A stretch of DNA of 64,000 nucleotides from Eukaryota sp. GEM-RC1. Its lineage: Eukaryota. The stretch is from the NCBI GenBank assembly GCA_040285855.1, contig JAUFOQ010000003.1, forward strand, positions 930,001-994,000, in the 5' to 3' direction. This document shows positions 37,801 through 49,085 of this stretch, one piece after another; within the stretch, counting starts at the first letter, position 1, and every line of letters begins with the position of its first letter. Both the position numbers and the translations under genes were made by a program. The notes under the pieces were generated by a model that made no database searches, had not been told where the DNA came from, and was given only the letters and a program-made list of their open reading frames with translations.

Positions 37801-40153
37801 TCTGTTATTGAATCTTCATTGTTGTTTGTACTCTTTGCTGCTCTCTTCCGTCTTTCTTCAGCTAACTTGTCAGAGAAACACATTGGTCGATCCTCACCAG
37901 CGAGAGTACACTCAACAATCTTTAGAATATTCAAACAGCTATTGAAGTCTCGATTCCAGAGTTTATGACATTTTTTACAACGCACTAAACCCCAACACTT
38001 GAGTTCATCGGGCTCTTCCTGCCACAACAGCTTATCATCTTCGTCCTTCCAACTAGACCAATTCCTCAGCGCTGATAGACGATTTGCCTTCTTGTCAACT
38101 CTTCGCTTCTTCTTCCGGAAGTTTGGATCCTTGACTTTAAGGAAGGTTTCCGTTTCCCCTTCGTCATCGTTGTTCTCAGAACATTCATGGCACTGAAGAG
38201 ATGTCCTGAATTCGTTAACCAGAAGAACCTGATAGCCAGCTTTTTTGAACAACTTTCTCGATCCTTTCCCCATGGATGGAGGCTTGTATTTCCTATGCCT
38301 TGACTGACTCCAATCACCTATGGCCAACCACGTGTTGGTTGGATCTCCGTAAACTTGACGGAATCGATGGAGCATTTTACGTTCACTTTTTTCCTTGTAT
38401 ACTGATTTCCAATAGCTCCATTTGCGCCATTTAGATTGATGGTACAGAGACTCCATTCTATTTGCATACTTGTAGAATTGTTGGACGTACGCTTTGAATT
38501 TTGAAAAATTTGTTGTTTTGGAAGTAAATTCTGAAAATTCTGTCTGAATCTGTTCAGCTGTCAGTTGTCTTCCCGAAATTTCGTTAAAAGAATAGTTTTT
38601 GAAGGCTTGGTTCTGAAATACATTGTATTTTTTTTGTTTTCCTTCGTGCCTTCGAGTTCCTTGAGTATATCTCATTTTTTGAATTGATTTTTCTTTTGAA
38701 ATGGTCTCTTTTTACTTGATTTTTTGACCTCATTATTCTCTTTTTGGAACTGGGCTTTATGCCTTTTAATTTCTTTCAATCTCTTCTTTTCATATGTTTT
38801 TGAGATTTTTGGGTCAAGTGGGGAGCACAATGCCCAGGATTATCAATTTCTTCCTGGGTTTTTCTTCCAACCAAGTACAGAATATCCCATTGGTTAGGGT
38901 CCCCCACCACGACTTTTTTTATTTTTTAAATCCTCTAATTTTTCAGGATGTAAATCTTCCACATACTCCTCTTTTTCCTCCGGAGACTTGGCAGAGTATG
39001 GTTTGAACAGTAGATCATTTCTGGTCATCATGAGACTGATGGATTCACCATTGGTGGTTATCTGGTGACCAAATGAATACATCTTTTGAAGGTGTTCAAG
39101 TATTTGTGATCAAGATTCAAATACTGGCTCCAAATTTGATTTTTAAATAAATTAATGTTTTCGCTCAGATGTGTTAGATTATAACCTTGAACTTGAGGTT
39201 TAAATAATTTAATCATAGCCATCGTATCCAATCGAAGGTGATCAGGGATTAGGCTGGTGGATTGTGGAAACATACGGTACATCTTTGGTGGAATCTCATT
39301 ACAGGAAGGGTTATTCTCAATCAATTTGTTGAGAACGAAGGCCTCTGGTAAGAGCTCCAAAGGCTTTACCTTTAATTGGTATTTGAGTCCTTTAGAGTCT
39401 GGCTTAAAGCTTTTGACAAATGTAATGAAATTTTGATGTTCATCTGATGGATTTGCCAGATCTCGGTAAAATCAATATTGGATCCTCTGCCTTCTAAAAT
39501 TTCTTTAAGGATATTATTGTACAACTTTTGCAACTGGTCTTTTTCGACTTTTTTAAGTGCATTGTTTTTAATAATTTTTAGTTGTCCATTTAAATTAAAG
39601 AAGAGTTCCCATGTTTTTCCAAATATTCAATAAAATGGGATGAAATATTATTTTGATACATTGTAACAATCTCAGTAGCTGTGTAACTTAATGTACGAGA
39701 CATATCAGAGTACATGACATTGGGAATTTCCATATTCATGGGGAGAAGATGTTGGATATAGAAGCATCCCAATTGAATTTTCAAAGCATTGTGCTTTTTG
39801 CCTGGAGTACTTTGAACAATCTCAGTTACCCATTTAAGTATTTCACTTCCATCAATATTTTCCTCATTTTTAAATCTTTGATGAGCTAATGGAGACAAGT
39901 ATCCAATAGTCCAGAGCAATTGGTGGACACTTTCTTTGGTCCATTCTACCGGATTCAATTCCTGGTTATCAAAAGAGTTCATGCAAAAGCCTTGAAGTAG
40001 CAGCAATGCACGTTGTTTAATTCGGTGATGATTTATAGAAATTTCATTAACCAATAAGTTATTATCACTCCAAACAGATTTTAGGGTTACTTTAACCGTT
40101 TTTTCACCCGGGCATTTCAGCAATTCTTGTGTTTCGACTTGAAGGAAATACAC
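37728..40153 (-). CDS. Fanzor1 (TnpB-family RNA-guided endonuclease), frameshift-split
   Basis: KTVKVTLKSV; IVTMYQNNISSHF; YQLKVKPLELLP; FPQSTSLIPDHLRLDT; YSFGHQITTNGESISL; RuvC-I VVVGDPN (D at 38899-38901); IGDWS..MGKGSRKLFKKAGY; RuvC-II VNEFRTS; zinc finger CHEC..CKKC; RuvC-III WNRDFNSCLNI. Confidence 0.93.
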
Positions 40154-41648
40154 AAAAGGCTTTGTAATTCAACAATATCGTTAAAATGTTCACGTAAACA
40201 TTTCAAGTTTTGTTCAGATGTGAAATCTGTAGAAACTGGTGTGGGAACTGAATAACTTTCATTTTTTAAAATGTTCTTTACAACAGTAACCCAATTCAAA
40301 GATTTTCCAGTTCTAGGTCTGTAATAATTTCTAATAACACGACCCAAATCTATTAGCTGAATTTTTGAGTTTTTGAATTGTTTTAAAAAATATTTGTAAA
40401 AGAGAGGACACTGAATATTTGAACAATTCTCTGATTTTAAATTAAATTCATCCAACGTAGAACTTGCATCATAACCAATTATCAGACCACAGTCAGTTAA
40501 ATCTAAATAATCATTAAACGCACTAATCATAGATTCCTCTTGATTAAACGCTTGAACATTCACTCTAGCATGCTCAGAATTAGGTGACAGAACTGAATCG
40601 CAACTTTGTTGTGTAGTGAATATAATTGATTCTACAATTGAAATTACTTGGTCCTGTACCTGAACTGTTTGAGTGATAATTGATGTGATTATTTTTTTCT
40701 CTTTTTCCTTTTCAGTTTCTTTAGTAGCTGCTGAAGCTTCAATCATTTTTACAAAAATGCACTTAATCGAGTGTTTGTGATCTAACATTAAGGTTACGTT
40801 TTCGAAAGGATCTTTTCTTTTTTTAGACTTAACTGGTGATTCTTTTTCGTTTGTTTTTTCATTTGTTTTTACTGCCAATGGGCATTTTCTTATATCATGA
40901 CCAGTGTTTCTACACTTTGAACATTTACGCCCAATTTGTTTTTTCACCAGTTGGGGTTCGTTTTCATTATTATTGTTTGATCGTTTTTGTTTTCTTGGAG
41001 GCATATTGCTGACAGTGGCAAGCCTTTTTCCTGGATTAACGTGGCTGTCCAGTTTTAAGTTCAATCTGATACGAAATTGAGAGGGATCAAATTGATGATG
41101 CATAATTTCATTTTGAAAATCTGTCATCATTATACAGTGATCAATGTGACCAATTGTTTCAACGTTAAATGTCTTGAATAAAACTTCAATAAAATACAGA
41201 ACAAATATGCCACAATCATAACCATTGTCCTGTTTCACAGAATTAATGTGACAATGGTAAAAGTTGTTTGGGCAAAACGATTGTATAAAATCAATTTTTG
41301 AGGACAACAAATTACTATTAGAGATAGAATCCATGAAGTATAACGTTTCAGTCATGAAATCCATAACACATAGTCCCCAGTGAGTTCCAGCAAATCCGTC
41401 AATAATACCATTGTTCATGAGAATAAGAACAAGCCGACAATCTGCATTTTTTTCTCTTATATCATGATAAATAACGTCTTTCTCTAACGTTAGAAAGTTA
41501 AATAAATGATAAAATCCAATAGCTTGATTGGCGAGTGGGTAATCCAAACTGATATTATTTATGGAAAAAGAAGATGGAATAGCTCTAACCATTCACATTC
41601 AGACAACAATGTTATGTCTTCAAATTCATGTGAGTTAAATGATACCGG
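40117..41648 (-). CDS. Ulp1/SENP-family (C48) cysteine protease domain, CCHC zinc knuckle and linker; probably N-terminal part of the Fanzor polyprotein
   Basis: DITLL..EWL, GTHWGLCVMD, YFMDS, KQDNGYDCGIFVL (H-D-Q-C residues); CSKCRNTGHDIRKC at 40882-40923. Confidence 0.85.
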
Positions 41649-41710
41649 TCCGGGATTCGACTCGATATCACCATCTTTGGTTAAATCTTTAACAAACAAA
41701 TCAATCAAAC
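41646..41710 (-). other. 2A-like ribosomal skipping (StopGo) sequence
   Basis: LIDLFVKDLTKDGDIESNPGP is an exact match to D(V/I)ExNPG|P; core at 41646-41669. Confidence 0.85.
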
Positions 41711-41894
41711 AAAGTTTGAAATTGTGTTTATTCTCCAAATCAAAAGTGAATTGCTTTTGTCGAGTTTTACAACAAGACACGGACCACTGCGGTATTAACT
41801 CATCAGGAGTTGCAGATATCAAGCTATAAGCCTCTTCTCTGCAACTGCCCTGAGTTGTTAATCCTGGGTTAGGGCCGTAGTCCCCACCCAAATT

Positions 41895-42082
41895 CATAAC
41901 TGAAAAGACGGAACTTTCAGTCTCAACTGGATACAAAACATCCAGCCGAGGAGGATTGGAACCTCTTATTGTGTGAGGAGGGTCGGAACCTCCTGAACAC
42001 ATAACTGAAAGGACGGAACTTTCAGTCTCAACTGGATACAAAACATCCAGCCGAGGAGAATTGGAACCTCTTATTGTGTGAG
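41895..42082 (-). repeat. Two 83-bp direct repeats (105-bp period) built of hairpins
   Basis: 41895-41977 and 42000-42082 differ at two positions; stems CUCGGCUGGAUG/UAUCCAGUUGAG, CUGAAAG/YUUUCAG and GAGG/YCUC. Confidence 0.9.
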
Positions 42083-42231
42083 ACATCAACAAACCTGATG
42101 GAGTCATGAGACGGAAATAAGTCACTGTCGACATTGTTATTGATTGTTCATCACTTTCCTCTCAGCAGGATTCCGTTCATAAGGGATTTTGATTTTGCCA
42201 ACAGTTTTCTTTTCACTTTTTTCTGCTACTG

Positions 42232-42660
42232 ATGCAGCTTTCTCAGGTATCAGCGTCTTGCTAGTCCTAACACGCTTTGATTGACTTACTTTCTTTCTTG
42301 AAGGTGTTCGCTATATCTGCACTGACTGGTGCTACAAGTCTTATTGCTGTCTTCTATGCTGCTGTTAGATTTAAGGAATACGAGCTTCTTCTCATTCTGG
42401 CTTTTGGAATTCTTTCCCCATTTGCTGAACTTGTCTGCAAGGACGACAATAGCTTCGACTCTTCTTCAGGTCTAGAAATCATGGGTAAGTTCCTTACTGC
42501 TGCGTTGTGTAGAAGTGGTTTATGTCTTCCTATAATGCTATTCCACAGTGACATAATAGCCACCATCCCTTTAACTATTGCTTTAAGCGGCGCTATGCTT
42601 TTCTACTCCTCGGTATTCATTTTTGTTGAGAAAGTTGCTCCTGACAACGACTCCTTTTAG
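42232..42660 (+). CDS. Vps55/LEPROT-family small membrane protein
   Basis: ATG 42232; intron 42247-42303 (GTATCA..CTAAC..AAG); four TMs; GKFLTAALCRSGLCLPIMLFHSDII. Confidence 0.78.
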
Positions 42661-43137
42661 TTCCTGTTTTGTTCATTGTAGATAAACTCAATCAAACAGT
42701 ATCCCTTTTATCTTCATATCCGTCTCTTCCTTATAGTGTCTCTGTAATAGTGTGATTCCTTTGAGTGTGGGTATACACTTTTGACATGATCAATGCTAAA
42801 TATCACATGTCAGTCTTGTTACTTGTACTTGTTCTCTTCTTAAATCAAGATGCTCTTTCATACCCTAGATAAACAAAATGATAGCTATGGATTGTACAGA
42901 GTTTATTGATTCTATACATCTAGATAATGCACACAAAACTTAAACGCTAACATGGAAGGATAATGGCCTGTATAAAAGGACACAACAGACCAAAAAAAGA
43001 CGATATGGGGGGAATTGTTGGGGAGATGAGACTGCTGAGTGGATGGAAGGGGAATTAAATTCAAACAACTAGAAGATAAACCTCACAGACGGATCTGATC
43101 TTACCAAACTACTTAACATCTCTCTCTATATCCTCTT

Positions 43138-44524
43138 ATGCTACACCATTACGAAGTTCTTGGTGTAATCGGTGAAGGTACGCTTACGTTTCCTTTTGAT
43201 CAGTCCTTTTCACTGGTCCTCTTTTTCTCGAACATAGACTCATTGCAGGGGCCTATGGTGTTGTTCTCAGATGTAGAAACAAAGAAACAAATCAGACTGT
43301 AGCCATTAAGAAATTCAAAAACACTGATGACGATGAAGCTACCAGAAAGACAACTATTCGTGAAATACGAATGCTCCGTCTTCTTAAACACCACAACATT
43401 GTCACTCTTATTGAAGCCTTCCGCCGCAAAGGTCGTCTTTATCTTGTTTTCAACTACGCTGAACGTAATATGCTCGAAGTTCTCGAAGCCCAGAAAGGTG
43501 GTCTCCCACTCAATAGAGTTCGATGGTTCATCTTCCAACTTCTCCAGGCTCTTTCATTTACACATCACCACGGAATTCTTCACCGTGATATCAAACTTGA
43601 GGTAATGCCCATATTATTTAGTTTCTAATAGTAGAATCTTTTAGTTACCAATGACGACACATTAATGCTCTGTGATTTTGGCTTTGCCAGAACTTACAAC
43701 CATAGAGATAGTCAGCTTACAGAATACGTGGCTACCCGATGGTATCGTTCACCATCACTTCTTTTGGGGTTACCGTATACTTCATCTGTTGATATTTGGG
43801 CTACTGGTTGTGTTTTGAGTGAATTGGCAACTGGTGAGCCCTTATTCGCAGGTGATTGTGATGTAGATCAATTAAATTTGATTCTATCATCAGTTGGACC
43901 TCTTCCTGCTTACCTCAGGGATTCATATGTACGCCAGCCTAGATTTCGTCGACAAGAGGACAACAGGAGGCGGAGACATGCATCGAAGAACGACTTTTTC
44001 AAGAGGCTGATTCCATATCTCTCTCCTGCTGGGGTAGATCTACTACAACGAATGATTGAGCTTGATGAGAGAAAGACAATTACAGCTGAAGAAGCGCTGA
44101 AGCATCCTTTTTTGATGGTCTTCATGAACAGTTTAATAAAATAGTAGCAACAAGTAGGGGAGAAGAGTCATTGACGAGTAGAGAATGTCACTCGCGACGG
44201 AAAACCAATGATTTGCGATTAAAGACACCGTTTAATGGTCTTGAAATGACTGAAAGCTCGCCCAATGTACTCAATGGATTAGGTCAGCGATCAATGTCTG
44301 GTCCAAAGCTCACATTGCCGGCAGTTGGTCACGATCTCTCACTTAATAGTACACAGGGTAAGCGTTTTCAGTCACAGTTCAAGCCTGCTTCAAAGAATCC
44401 ACTACCACAACCGAACTTTAACATGGATCTTCCGCTGAGCAACTTGTTTGGTCGAACAACACCGATACCTCAGATTAGTCAACACTCGAATATTTCAAGG
44501 CCTTTGCACATGACTTATTTATAG
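43138..44524 (+). CDS. CDKL-family (CDKL5-like) Ser/Thr kinase
   Basis: Splicing introns 43178-43248 and 43602-43634 restores GEGAYG, VAIKKFK, EAFRRKGRLYLVF, HRDIKLENLL, DFG and TEYVATRWYR; probable frameshift in the T run at ~44110. Confidence 0.9.
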
Positions 44525-45307
44525 AATCTTTCTTTCTTGCATATGCACTTTATGCTTTTCATTTTGTATATTGTATCTTAGAACTCGGATTGCCGCTTTT
44601 TGGCATGTATGTCCGGGTTCAAATTTAGAACGAAGTTTTCTGTGGGGTTTTGACTCTTTTGAATAGAAAACACATCTCGTATTATCTAGATGCTTCATTT
44701 GAAGTTTGATTTTATTGTTCGTTTGTTCTCCATAATTGCTTTATTGTTTCTTAAATCAATTTTTCTATCAGTATTTGTATTTCTTACAATCAGACTGCCT
44801 ACAATGTACAATCTGATTTTGACACGTTATTCAAAAAAGAAGTCAGAAATGTCAGATGGGTCAACTCAAAATGACGTGCAAGCAAACTTGACTTGAAGAC
44901 ATCGTGATTACTCAAATTTGCATTTAAGCAAACAGAAATAAATACGGTAAGGAGACACAACGGAATCAGAATAATGCACTAAATGCACAATGAAAGAATT
45001 CTTTTAAAGAGCACAATGAATCTCTTCAAAAATGATGGTCGTTGTGATAAGTTGAGTTACTCAGAGGATAACCGTCATTGCCTGAAGGCTTCATTGTGGA
45101 TCTGTGGAACACTATTCTAATAATCAAAGACTAGTGGTGAATTACTTGATAAATCCAATGTCTGTTCCCGAATTGGAATGGTGAGAAAGATTGGTGATCA
45201 GCAACCGCCAGTGTTTATCATTCACGAATTGAAACGGTCTGTAAAGAGAAGGTAAAGCCGGCTGATCGATCAAAAACATCTGACCTCAACATTTTCCTAC
45301 CATCTAG

Positions 45308-47795
45308 ATGGACCAATCAAGTATTGCTCACTTCCTCTATGAGCTGCGAGTTTGTAACATCATGACGCTCTCTCTTACTTCAGAATCCTCCAGTCCCTCT
45401 TTCTCAAACCCCAGACCAGCGTAAGCCCAGTGACGATCTGAACAAACTGGTTCAAATCCTTGAAACAACAACAGGACAACAGTTAGGCCCATCGGAGAAC
45501 TTTCTATTCCTTACCGTCAACCAGAGTACTATCACTTCTACATGTAATCACATTGGTATGTCATTTTTCGATCTTCATCTCACACTAGTACTGAACATTG
45601 GTTTCAACGATGAAGTTGCCCAAAAGCTGGCCCTCGTTACTGATCCTCTATATGTCTACCAATGTTACTGTCTCTTCATTGAGACTTATTCCTTCGTAGT
45701 ATTCGGAGTTTCTCCTCAGGACTTGTCCGATGTTGCTGAAGAAATTGGACTTGCTGGATCAGAAAAGTTGGACGTAACAAAATTGAAAATGTTAATCAAT
45801 GGCTATCAAAACCTCCTCCAATTCTTGAACCATGTCATTCCTCAAGATCCTAGAGAACAACTATCACTCTATGTACAGAAAGTCTCTGAAAAGCTTCCAA
45901 CTGACCCCATTCAATTGAAAGTTCAATGTCTTCTCATCAATGATATCCACCAACGAGCTCTCACGATTGAGCCTTCCACTAAATCCTTTGTTACTTGTGA
46001 ACATGGGTTTGACCAAAATGATGCTCTCGTTCAATCAATTCATGGTACTACTTCTGATGGTCAGAAACTAGATAGAATCACCAAAGATTTAAATGCAAAG
46101 GCTGAATCTAGTGAAGATGTTGTATTGTTTCTTAATGCTGATGCAATAGAATATCGTTCTTCGCCTTTTGCTCAGTTCAAGAAGACGTTTAAGGGTAAAC
46201 GAGATACTGGTATAGCTGCTGCTGCCACGTGCCTTATTCTGGTTATCTTGGGTGTACTGCTATTCCTACTCTTACGTTCATCCACTTCAAAGACTTTCCT
46301 TGTGTTTGGAACAGTCACTGGTGATTCAGTTGCTCTTCCAGGTGTTCTTGTCTCTGGTGATGGTTTAGATGACGTATACACTACTGAGGATGGCTTTTTT
46401 AGACTTCAGCCACTTGCCAATGGTGACTACGAATTATCCTTCGAACTCGTAGGTTATGTTCTTAAGTCAGTCAGTGTTACAGTGTCTGACAATGATAAGA
46501 CTGTTGATGTTTCTCTTTCCTTACATACCTTTGTTGTATCTGGAACAATCACTAGTGATTCCGTTGAACTTGCTGACGTTCTTGTCTCTGGTGATGGTTT
46601 TGATGACGTCTACTCTAATGCTGAAGGCTACTTTGAGCTTGAGCCACTTATTAATGGAATTTATGAACTCACTTTCGAACTTGCGGGCTACGACTCAAAG
46701 TCTGTCAATGTTACAGTGTCTGGCAGTGACGAGTCGATTGATGTTTCTCTTGATCTGCCTTCACTTCAACTTTATATATACGACGATCTCACTTCTGAAC
46801 CAATTCCCAATCCTAGTGTTAAGCTCAATCAAGATTTGATTGTTGATGGAGATGAGGACGGTTACGTCATCATTGCTGATTTAATTCCTGGTGATTATGA
46901 GCTCATTTTGATGCATTCTGATTATTATAATCGAACTCTTCATGTAGAAGTACAATTTTCCAAGATTCAATCTTTGTCATTGACTCGTCATGGATTTACT
47001 ATTGTTGGTGCCACTATTACCGCTTATGATGCTTCTGTAGGTATATCAGTATCTATTCCGGCATATGTCAATGGAGTTGAGATTACTGGAATTGGACCTT
47101 ATGCTTTCGCTTTTAAGAACTTAATTGCTGTTTCTTTTGCAGACAATATTTATTCTATCGGAATGTTTGCTTTTGCAGGCAACAACATTGACAGTCTTCA
47201 TTTTGGAAATGGATTAACAATCATTGGTCAAGATGCTTTCTCTACTAACTATGAACTAACAACAGTGGTTTTTGGTAATTCTCTCACTACTATTGGTTCT
47301 AATGCATTTACTTACACTTCTATCTCATCCATTGTCATACCAGACAGTGTCACGACCATCCATTTTACTGCTTTTTATTACAGTAACCTATCTTCTGTGA
47401 TTCTATCTGAGTCTCTTACTGAAATTAGTAAGGGGGTGTTTATAGGTAACGAATTAACAAGTATCACCATACCATCTTCAGTTACCAAAATAGGTGATTC
47501 AGCATTTCAAAATAATAAGTTGTCGTCAGTTGAATTTGGAAATTCTGTACAATTGATTGATGTTCAAGCTTTTTATCACAACTTGTTAGAGTCGCTGAAG
47601 TTTCCGGACAGCTTGGAACGAATTAATTCGGAGGCTTTTGCAAATAATCCACTGTTATCTGTTGAGATTGGTGATGACGTGACATCACTGGATGATTCAG
47701 CTATACCAGGAAATTTTAAATCTGAATATATTCAGACAGGGGCTGGCGTTTACTCTAGATCAAGTACCTCAGACGACTTTGCTTTTGAGGATTGA
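45308..47795 (+). CDS. PPDK-like/TM/repeat/LRR family, copy 3 (2+1 repeats, longer LRR)
   Basis: ATG 45308; introns 45350-45383 and 45556-45588; same domain order as copies 1 and 2. Confidence 0.82.
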
Positions 47796-47884
47796 TGTTT
47801 CTTTTCCCGTTCAGTATACATAATTCTTGTTTTCTTACTGAAGATTCAACCCTTTCCTCACTGGTTATTAGAATTTACATTCTA

Positions 47885-48360
47885 TTTCATCCGTTGTCAT
47901 TCCAAATGATGTGACCTCTATTGGTTCAAGAGCTTTCAGAAACAATGGATTGACATCAGTCATTCTGTCTGAATCTCTTGTTGACATTGAGAATTACCTG
48001 TTTCATGGGAATTTGTTGACTAGCATTGTCATTCCATCATCTGTTACTATGATAGGAGAAGATGCGTTTCGGTGGAGTTATTTGACTTCTATTGAATTTG
48101 GTAATTCTGTGCAATCCATACACACACGTGCATTTTATCAGAATGTCAATTTAGAATCGGTCAAGTTTACAGACAGCCTACAACACCTCTTTGATGAAGT
48201 CTTCACCTTGTGTCCCCTGTTAACAGTTGAGATTTCTGATGATGTTACAGTTGAACCAACTTCCATTGCAGGTCTATTCAAGCATGTATATGATGCAAAC
48301 CAAGGTGGGATTTACACTAGAGCAAGTACTTCTAACAACTTTGTGATTCAACAGGACTAG
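47885..48360 (+). pseudogene. Orphan BspA-type LRR C-terminal cassette
   Basis: Paralogous to the last ~155 aa of copy 3 (SVILSESL..IPSSVTMIGEDAF..GGIYTRASTS); no ATG, TM or stalk. Confidence 0.7.
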
Positions 48361-49085
48361 TTTTTTTTATTTACCACAAACCAGATGATCCTCTACCAAC
48401 TCAGATTCGGTAGACTTGAGGACTTTAGATTATTTGGGAACAACACTAAATTATTACTGTTACAGTTCAACCAGAACACAAAGAATTCACATAGAAACGC
48501 CTTTTATTTTCAACTACAAATTAAGAATATCATCAACATTAACCTAGACAAAGGAGATACTAATACCTTTACATCATCTCACATGCATGTCTCAATCCAA
48601 AGAGACGCTTATCAAAATACCTAAAAAATGATTTAGGGAGGGAAAATGACACCCTTCCTCCAAACTTTTTATTTTTCCGACTGTTCGCCATCCATAAAAT
48701 CTCGTTCATTTTGCAAGAATCCAAGTTAGGGGTTGGTATTAAGAATTTGGAGAACAATATACTAGATTAGATTTAAACATCAATTAACGGTGCTTTTCCA
48801 GACTTGATGAATGTAGTGTCGTGCAAAGGCTTTCAACAACTTTCCAAAAGAAGTTAAAGACCTTGTGATGCCGGCACAATTTTTTCCTATAGCGATATTG
48901 TAAAACGGTTACATAAATGACATTAATTATGAATCGAAACGAACTCAATATTCAACATATGGTTACTAATTAGATAACGTCTGTAGTTCACTTGAAAAAC
49001 CAACATAAACATAACTTACGGAATGAGAAAGACAGACAAAAACAAATGGATTGACATTAATTTTCAACCTACTATTGGACTCTTG

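Larger units (their letters stand above)
36792..42199 (-). mobile_element. Fanzor-carrying element (boundaries inferred), containing a nested hAT
   Basis: Direct repeat AACAGTTT at 36784-36791 and 42200-42207; lies between divergent host genes; contains 2A, Ulp1, CCHC and Fanzor1 coding sequence with structured ends. Confidence 0.6.

Noticed and set aside
41790..41815. CUGAUGA on the minus strand suggesting a hammerhead ribozyme
   Set aside because: No correctly placed GAAA after a stem II; the motif pairs within a simple hairpin.
41940..42082. tRNA gene suggested by GGTTCCAATCC T-arm-like motifs
   Set aside because: No acceptor stem, D-arm or cloverleaf could be built.
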